A stretch of 64,000 nucleotides of DNA from Pyrinomonadaceae bacterium. GTDB taxonomy: Bacteria; Acidobacteriota; Blastocatellia; Pyrinomonadales; Pyrinomonadaceae. Each line of letters starts with the position of its first letter. Within the stretch, counting starts at the first letter, position 1. The translations under genes were made by a program, and so were the position numbers. The DNA is taken from positions 17,963 to 81,962 of the forward strand of contig CAVVJS010000011.1 of the NCBI GenBank assembly GCA_963748605.1, in the 5' to 3' direction. Below the pieces are notes generated by a model, which was not told the origin of the DNA, searched no databases, and saw nothing but the letters and a program-made list of their open reading frames with translations. Below, piece by piece: positions 58,459 to 64,000 of this stretch.

Positions 58459-61400
58459 ATGACTTCGCCTGAGCCGCAACGGATGCTTTTGCATTACCGC
58501 CTGTTAAGCAAGATCGACAGTGGTGGTATGGGCGAGGTCTACAAGGCTGAGGACACCAAGCTCGGGCGCTCCGTCGCCATCAAATTACTGCTTGCTTCTG
58601 ACAATCCGAGATCCTCAGCCCGCCGCCGCTTTCTCCAGGAGGCCCAATCAGCTTCCGCGCTCAATCATCCAAACATCGTAACCATCCACGCCATTGAAGA
58701 GGCCGACGGTCTGGATTTCATCGTCATGGAGTTGGTGGAAGGCAGGACGCTTAAAGAGCCTGATCTATGGAGAGGGGCTCTGCCTCTCATGCGCCTGCTT
58801 GATATCGGGATCCAGACGGCCGATGCGCTCGAAGCGGCGCACGAAATCAACCTCATCCATCGCGATATCAAATCGGCGAACATTTTGATCACTCCGCGCG
58901 GCCAGGCGAAGGTGCTTGATTTCGGCCTTGCGAAAACAGTGCGCACGATTGCCGACAGCGTCGATCACGACGCGCCCACACTGACAAACCTGACTGACGA
59001 AGGAACTGTGTTCGGCACCGCGGCCTATATGTCTCCGGAACAAACTCGCGGGCAGACTCTCGATCGGCGTTCTGATCTTTTCTCGCTTGGTTGTGTGCTC
59101 TACGAAGCGGCGACACGAACCTTGCCGTTTACCGGTCCCAGCATGCTTGCCGTCATGCATGCGATTGCGACATTTGCGCCGCCGCCGCCCAGCCTGCTGC
59201 GACCGGAACTGCCGCAGGAGTTTGATCTGATCATTGAGCGGGCGATGGCCAAAGATAAAGAGAGACGTTATTCGTCGGCGGCTGAGATGGCCCAGGCCTT
59301 AAGAAATTTGCGCGCGACGGTCACCGGAGAATGGCTGGGTGGTCCCATCGTTTTTGATAAAGATCTAACGGCAAGTCCCGGCGCTCCGTTTGTCGGCCGA
59401 GGCCCGGAGTTGAACAGGCTGGAAGCAATCCTGCAGCAGGCAATCGATGGCAGCGGTCGCGTGGTGTTCATCACCGGCGAACCAGGCATTGGTAAGACTT
59501 CGCTTGGTGACGAATTTCTCCGCCGCGCCCGCGCCCGTTTTCCCGGTTTGTCAGTTTCTCGCGGACGTTGCGTGGAGCAGTACGGCACCGGCGAAGCCTA
59601 CCTGCCGTTTCTGGATGCGATTGGCGCGTTGCTGGAAGGCCCGGCGCGCGATCGACTCGCCGCGATCATGCGAACCTCCGCTCCGACCTGGTGTTGGCAG
59701 TTGCCCGCCGCCTTCACTTCCACCGGCGCGATCGAAACATTGCAACAGGAAACGATTGGCGCCACCAAAGAACGGATGATGCGCGAAATGGGAGACGCGC
59801 TTGGTCTCTTTGCCACCACTTCCCCGGTGGTGCTGCTGCTGGAAGACTTGCACTGGGCCGATCCTTCCAGCGTGGATCTGCTGCGGCATCTGTGCCAACG
59901 CATCAGCAACCAGCGGCTGTTGATCGCCGGCACGTTCAGACCCGAGGACATTGAACGAAGCAATCATCCGCTCAAGAGTTACAAAGCAGAGATGCAGGCG
60001 CACAAGTTGTGCGAGGAGATCGCGCTCGATTCATTCAGTCCCGCCCACATTCAGGATTATCTGAACGACCTGTTTGCCCCGCACCGTTTTCCGCCCGAGT
60101 TTGCCGACCACATTCACGACAAGACCGAAGGTCACCCGCTGTTTGCCACGAATCTTTTGCAGTATTTGCAGGAACGCGGCGACATTGCGAAAACAAATGA
60201 GCAATGGGCGTTGAGTCGGCCGCTGGCAGAGATTGAGATGGAAGTTCCGGAAAGCGTGCGCAGCATGATCAGCAAGAAAGTGGACGCGCTCGGCGAGGAA
60301 GAGCGCCGGGCTTTGCAGTACGCGAGTGTCGAAGGGCAGGAGTTTCTTTCTACCGTGGTAGCGGGTTTGCTCGGGGTCGACGAAGTCGATCTGGAGGAGC
60401 TGCTCGCGCGAATTGAGAAGAATCATCGGCTCATCGTAACCCGCGGAGAAGAAGAATTACCTGACGGGTCCCTCGCGACCCGTTATCGCTTCGCCCACGC
60501 GCTCTACCAGAATTTTCTTTACGACGGTCTGGTCACCAAACGAAGAACCATGCTGCACCGGCAGGCCGGCGAAACATTGGCGCGGCACTACGGAAAGCGC
60601 GCTCCACAGATCGCCGCGCAACTCGCTTTGCATTTCGAACGCGGGCGCGAATTTCCCCGTGCCGTCGAGTTTTTGATTCATGCCGGAGACAACGCCACCA
60701 CGCTCTATGCGAATGCCGAAGCCGCGGAACATTACACGCGCGCTCTGAGTTTGGCGGAGAAGCTGCCTGAAGAGGCGCAGCCGGAAACGAAGGTGACTCT
60801 CTACGGAAAACGCGGCGCTACAAACATGGCGCTAAGCCGTTTTGACCAATCGATTGACGATTATCGAAGCATGCTCAAGCATCAGGAGGTTCTCGACTCA
60901 CCGGAAAAGCAGGCGAGCGGGCTTAACGCTCTGGCGACGACATTGTTCTTTTCACATCGACTTGAGGAGATGGAGGCCCGCGCCAATGAAGCGCTGGAGG
61001 CGGCTAAACGCGCCGGCAGCGAGCAACTGCGTCTGGACACGATGGGCCTGATGGCGCTGAAACATGCGGCTTACGGCGAGCTGGCACTGGGCCGGCCGAT
61101 TCTCGACGATGTGATCAAGAGTGCCCGCGCTATCGATCACAAACCGGCGCTGTTAACGGGATTGGCCTGGCGCGGTTGTCTCTATTTCTTCCAGACTGAA
61201 TATGAGCGCGCAATCGAGTGTGAGCTGGAAGCAAGACAACTCGCCTCCAGGTTGCGCGACGGATTCCTGCTTTTGACGTCGATGTTTTTTCTCGGTCTCT
61301 CGAAGGGAAATCTCGGACAAATGTCGGAGGCTATTGCCACGCTCGAAGAAGCAATCCAGATAGCCGGCCGCAACGGTGATCGTTTCTGGTTTCCTCGCAT

Positions 61401-62067
61401 GCCAAATTGCATCGGCTGGATGCATCGCGAGCTGCAGGACTTTGAGGGCGCACTCAAACATGATCAGGAAGGATTGCGAGTTGCGCGTCAGTATCACGTG
61501 CTTGAGGCTGAGGCGAATTCTTTGATCAACCTCGGGATCGACCATACGGTGGGTGGCAGGTTCGAGGAAACGGCGTCCGCGTTTCACGAGACTCGCGAAA
61601 TCTTCGAGCGCGACGCGTGGTTCCGCTGGCGCTACAACATTCGTCTTGAAGCAGCAACCGCCTGGCATTGGCTGCGGCAAGGCGACCTGGAGAAGGCCGG
61701 AGAATTTGCGCAGCGCTTGCTCGATACCGCCAAGCAATATGAGGTGCATAAGTACATAGCCGAGGCCCACAGGCTGAAGGCGAAGATCGCAATCGCCGCA
61801 GGAGATCTTGTTGCTGCGGCGGAGGAATTTACCGCCGGTCTTGAAGAGTTGAAACGTTATCCGGCGCCGCTGGTCGCCTGGAGAACATACGCCGATCTTG
61901 GCCGTCTGCAGCAGAAACGTGGAGATGCGGCAGCGGCGCAGGCAGCTTTCACACAAGCCGCTGAGATCATTAACGGGTGTGCGGCCAATGTAAGTGACGA
62001 TGCTTTGCGGGAAACGTTTTTGACTTCCCGTGCTGTGCGAGATGTGATGTCCGGTGCTGGGAAGTAG
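58459..62067 (+). CDS. Ser/Thr protein kinase + AAA (STAND-like) ATPase + TPR multidomain protein
   Basis: 1202 aa. Kinase subdomains GGMGEVYKA, AIK, HRDIKSANIL, DFG, AYMSPE. P-loop ITGEPGIGKTS and Walker B VVLLLEDLHWAD. Long TPR-like C-terminus. Confidence 0.93.
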   Translation: MTSPEPQRMLLHYRLLSKIDSGGMGEVYKAEDTKLGRSVAIKLLLASDNPRSSARRRFLQEAQSASALNHPNIVTIHAIEEADGLDFIVMELVEGRTLKEPDLWRGALPLMRLLDIGIQTADALEAAHEINLIHRDIKSANILITPRGQAKVLDFGLAKTVRTIADSVDHDAPTLTNLTDEGTVFGTAAYMSPEQTRGQTLDRRSDLFSLGCVLYEAATRTLPFTGPSMLAVMHAIATFAPPPPSLLRPELPQEFDLIIERAMAKDKERRYSSAAEMAQALRNLRATVTGEWLGGPIVFDKDLTASPGAPFVGRGPELNRLEAILQQAIDGSGRVVFITGEPGIGKTSLGDEFLRRARARFPGLSVSRGRCVEQYGTGEAYLPFLDAIGALLEGPARDRLAAIMRTSAPTWCWQLPAAFTSTGAIETLQQETIGATKERMMREMGDALGLFATTSPVVLLLEDLHWADPSSVDLLRHLCQRISNQRLLIAGTFRPEDIERSNHPLKSYKAEMQAHKLCEEIALDSFSPAHIQDYLNDLFAPHRFPPEFADHIHDKTEGHPLFATNLLQYLQERGDIAKTNEQWALSRPLAEIEMEVPESVRSMISKKVDALGEEERRALQYASVEGQEFLSTVVAGLLGVDEVDLEELLARIEKNHRLIVTRGEEELPDGSLATRYRFAHALYQNFLYDGLVTKRRTMLHRQAGETLARHYGKRAPQIAAQLALHFERGREFPRAVEFLIHAGDNATTLYANAEAAEHYTRALSLAEKLPEEAQPETKVTLYGKRGATNMALSRFDQSIDDYRSMLKHQEVLDSPEKQASGLNALATTLFFSHRLEEMEARANEALEAAKRAGSEQLRLDTMGLMALKHAAYGELALGRPILDDVIKSARAIDHKPALLTGLAWRGCLYFFQTEYERAIECELEARQLASRLRDGFLLLTSMFFLGLSKGNLGQMSEAIATLEEAIQIAGRNGDRFWFPRMPNCIGWMHRELQDFEGALKHDQEGLRVARQYHVLEAEANSLINLGIDHTVGGRFEETASAFHETREIFERDAWFRWRYNIRLEAATAWHWLRQGDLEKAGEFAQRLLDTAKQYEVHKYIAEAHRLKAKIAIAAGDLVAAAEEFTAGLEELKRYPAPLVAWRTYADLGRLQQKRGDAAAAQAAFTQAAEIINGCAANVSDDALRETFLTSRAVRDVMSGAGK

Positions 62068-62180
62068 TAGGAAGTGAGCAGTAGGCAGTGAGCGGTGAGG
62101 CGCCAGGTTCAAAGTACAAAGCCCCAGGTACAAAGTTCAAAGCACGAAGTTCGAAGAATCAAGTTCAAAGATCAGAAAGG
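62065..62180. repeat. Solo short-period arms of two flavours (CAGTAGG, then CAAAGT)
   Basis: gtagtaggaagtgagcagtaggcagtgagcggtgagg, then ggttcaaagtacaaagccccaggtacaaagttcaaagcacgaagttcgaagaatcaagttcaaag. Confidence 0.8.
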
Positions 62181-62187
62181 TTCGACA

Positions 62188-62959
62188 ATGACAAAGTGGT
62201 ATTCATTGGGCGCTTGCCTGGTTGTAACGGCGATAGTCTCGACTGGCTGCAGCGGCAACAAGTCGGCAACGAACACTGAAGCAAACTCACGCGCAGGTGC
62301 TGCCAATTCCAGTTCGACACAGCCGGGTGAAACTGGAGTTGAAAAAATGAAACCAGCGCCAGGCACTGGAAATGTTCAAGGCAAGGTTTTCTTTAACAGC
62401 CAGCCTGCCGAGAACATTGAGGTTAGGTTGTGCGAGACATTCAGCCGCTTTCTGAGCGGCTGTGGCGGTCAAATTTACACGGCGCGGACTGACAAGGATG
62501 GTGACTATGTGATTACGAATGTAGCTCCTAAAACATATGAGGCTTTGACGGCACGCGTGTTTGACACGGACTCGTATATTTTTGCCACTTCCGGGATCGC
62601 CGGTCATCAGTGCGGCGAAATACGACATTGTTGCGGACAAAACTTTCTTCGTAACCCAGATCAATTTATTCAAGAGCGATCTGAAGACGCTCAACCCCAA
62701 GGCCGGAGCAAAGGTGAGTTCACAAGGACTCGAACTGAAATGGGATTCTTATCCGGACGCGGCCTACTACAAGTTCAGTATCTACGCTGAAGACTCCAGC
62801 ATTAGTTCGCCTTACACCAACGAACGTGTCGAAGCAACTTCCCTCGTGTTGGACAAGCCACTTGAAAAGGGTACCTATCGCTGGCAGGTGACTGCTTTCA
62901 ACAAAGACGATCGAAAGCTGTCGGAGAGTGCTGATGATGTGAAGTTCACCATCAACTGA
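62188..62959 (+). CDS. Lipoprotein with CarboxypepD_reg-like and Ig/FN3-like domains, split by an apparent frameshift near 62595-62605
   Basis: ATG 62188. Lipobox LVVTAIVSTGC. GKVFFNSQPAENIEVRL..TDKDGDYVITNV. ORF 62561..62959 continues in the next frame (..ISAAKYDIVADKTFF ... GTYRWQVTAFN). Confidence 0.7.
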
Positions 62960-62974
62960 GACCTTTGAATAAGC

Positions 62975-64000
62975 TCACTTCGGGATCTGGCGCAGCAGAT
63001 CCGCGGCCAGGTCGGGATTGATATTTTGAAGAGCATAGTATTGCTGCATCGCCCCGGTCTTGTTACCCAACTTGATATACGCCATACCAAGTCCATGATT
63101 ACCGTAAGCGTGCGCGGGTTCGATCTCGAGTAACTTGCGCAGAACGTCAACTGTCTCTTCGTAGCGTCCCTTCTTCAAATACGCACTGGCTAAAGCATAA
63201 AGTGACTGAGGCAACGTGGACTTTATTTCCACCGACTTTTGATATGCCTTGATTGCTTCATCGAGCTTCCCGGCCCTCTGGTACTGGTTTCCCAGGCTCA
63301 GATACAAAACATGATTGGGCCGGATGTCGATGGATTTCTGATAATGTTCGATTGCCTGGCTCGGCTTACCCCACTCCGCATAGGTTATAGCCAGAGCATT
63401 GTGAAAATCAGCATTGTTAGGATCCAACGCGATTGCCTTGAGATACTCGCTCTCTGACTCAGGAAACATTCCGAGCGAGTTATAGGCCTGGGCCAGTTCC
63501 CCACGTGCTTTCGCATCGCGCGGTTCTTCGGCGACGCGTTGTTTATACTCTTCCAGGCGGGGTAAGAGATTTTTGCGGGCTGTCGAGACGCGAAGCCGAT
63601 CGCGAGCATCTACATGGTCAGGCTTCTTTGTTAGGACCTGGCTTAGAGTTGTAATTGCATCATCGTACTTCTGCGCCATCATGTAGGTGTTGCCAAGTAT
63701 AAAGAGTGAATCGACATCGTTTGGCCGCAGGCGCACGATCTGCCGCAACGGGTCGAGTGCTTCCAGATGCTTATGATTAGCAAGAAATGCCATAGCCAAA
63801 GCCATTAGCGTTGAAAAGTCATTCGGTTTAAGGCGAGCCGCTTCTTTCATTGCTGCCAGAGACTTTTCATGGTCGCCAAGGTCTCCGTAAGCATTCCCCA
63901 GAAAGTGCCAGGCATCGGCCCGATCCGGGCTCAACTCGGTAGCCTTTTGAAGTGCCTCAGCTGCTTCCGCATGTCTGTCAAGATTCAGCAGCGTCACTCC
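62975..64000 (-). CDS. TPR repeat protein (5-prime end probably outside the window)
   Basis: At least 9 consecutive 34-aa TPR units (e.g. AWHFLGNAYGDLGDHEKSLAAMKEAARLKPND). The ORF is open to the window edge. Confidence 0.85.
   Translation of the reverse strand, partial: GVTLLNLDRHAEAAEALQKATELSPDRADAWHFLGNAYGDLGDHEKSLAAMKEAARLKPNDFSTLMALAMAFLANHKHLEALDPLRQIVRLRPNDVDSLFILGNTYMMAQKYDDAITTLSQVLTKKPDHVDARDRLRVSTARKNLLPRLEEYKQRVAEEPRDAKARGELAQAYNSLGMFPESESEYLKAIALDPNNADFHNALAITYAEWGKPSQAIEHYQKSIDIRPNHVLYLSLGNQYQRAGKLDEAIKAYQKSVEIKSTLPQSLYALASAYLKKGRYEETVDVLRKLLEIEPAHAYGNHGLGMAYIKLGNKTGAMQQYYALQNINPDLAADLLRQIPK

Overview
This is a chromosomal-looking 64-kb segment with about 56 protein-coding genes. 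I see no rRNA, tRNA or CRISPR array. Gene blocks from left to right: (a) Miscellaneous genes: a PQQ-type propeller membrane protein, an SRPBCC protein, Xaa-Pro aminopeptidase, aldehyde dehydrogenase and an alpha/beta hydrolase. (b) A minus-strand SpoIIM-like / DUF58 / MoxR AAA+ / DUF4350 / DUF4129 membrane-associated cluster at 12.9-23.1 kb, interrupted by a glutamate formimidoyltransferase gene. (c) A TPR + Wza-like polysaccharide export gene. (d) A run of small membrane proteins (CD225, TM2, DUF2752). (e) A plus-strand surface-polysaccharide locus at 31.6-45.8 kb with a WbpD/WbpB/WbpE-like trio, an AsnB-type amidotransferase, a GT2, DUF354 and a priming sugar transferase. (f) DUF763, an OmpA-like protein, DUF952, a secreted FN3 protein, an ECF-like sigma factor with three YciI paralogs, a LivJ-like binding protein, DUF72, a Ser/Thr-kinase/AAA/TPR giant, a lipoprotein and a TPR protein. 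The unusual part is non-coding. Nearly every intergenic spacer is built from inverted or palindromic repeats of at least eight unrelated families; by hand tally this is roughly 7 kb, about a tenth of the window. Main observations: (1) A REP/REPIN family (core GGTACAGTACGGGAGCGGTAGCGACCGC) is present, and its probable cognate RAYT-type HUH transposase gene sits, frameshifted, between two inverted REP copies at 33677-34359. (2) Short-period low-complexity arrays come in recurring sequence 'flavours' and form inverted arms around variable cargo: nothing, a short palindrome, a REPIN, a signal-peptide-encoding start region, or a whole gene. (3) Two diverged four-helix-bundle (23S rRNA IVS / Avd-type) genes each sit as the sole cargo of such inverted arms, wedged between neighbouring genes. 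I think this IVS-like cassette architecture is the most interesting candidate for an undescribed element here. (4) At least nine genes look split by single frameshifts, which may be assembly indels rather than biology. My taxonomic impression, from the repeat types and gene content, is Acidobacteriota-like, but I cannot verify that from the sequence alone. I recognise no known defence system, prophage or integrase.
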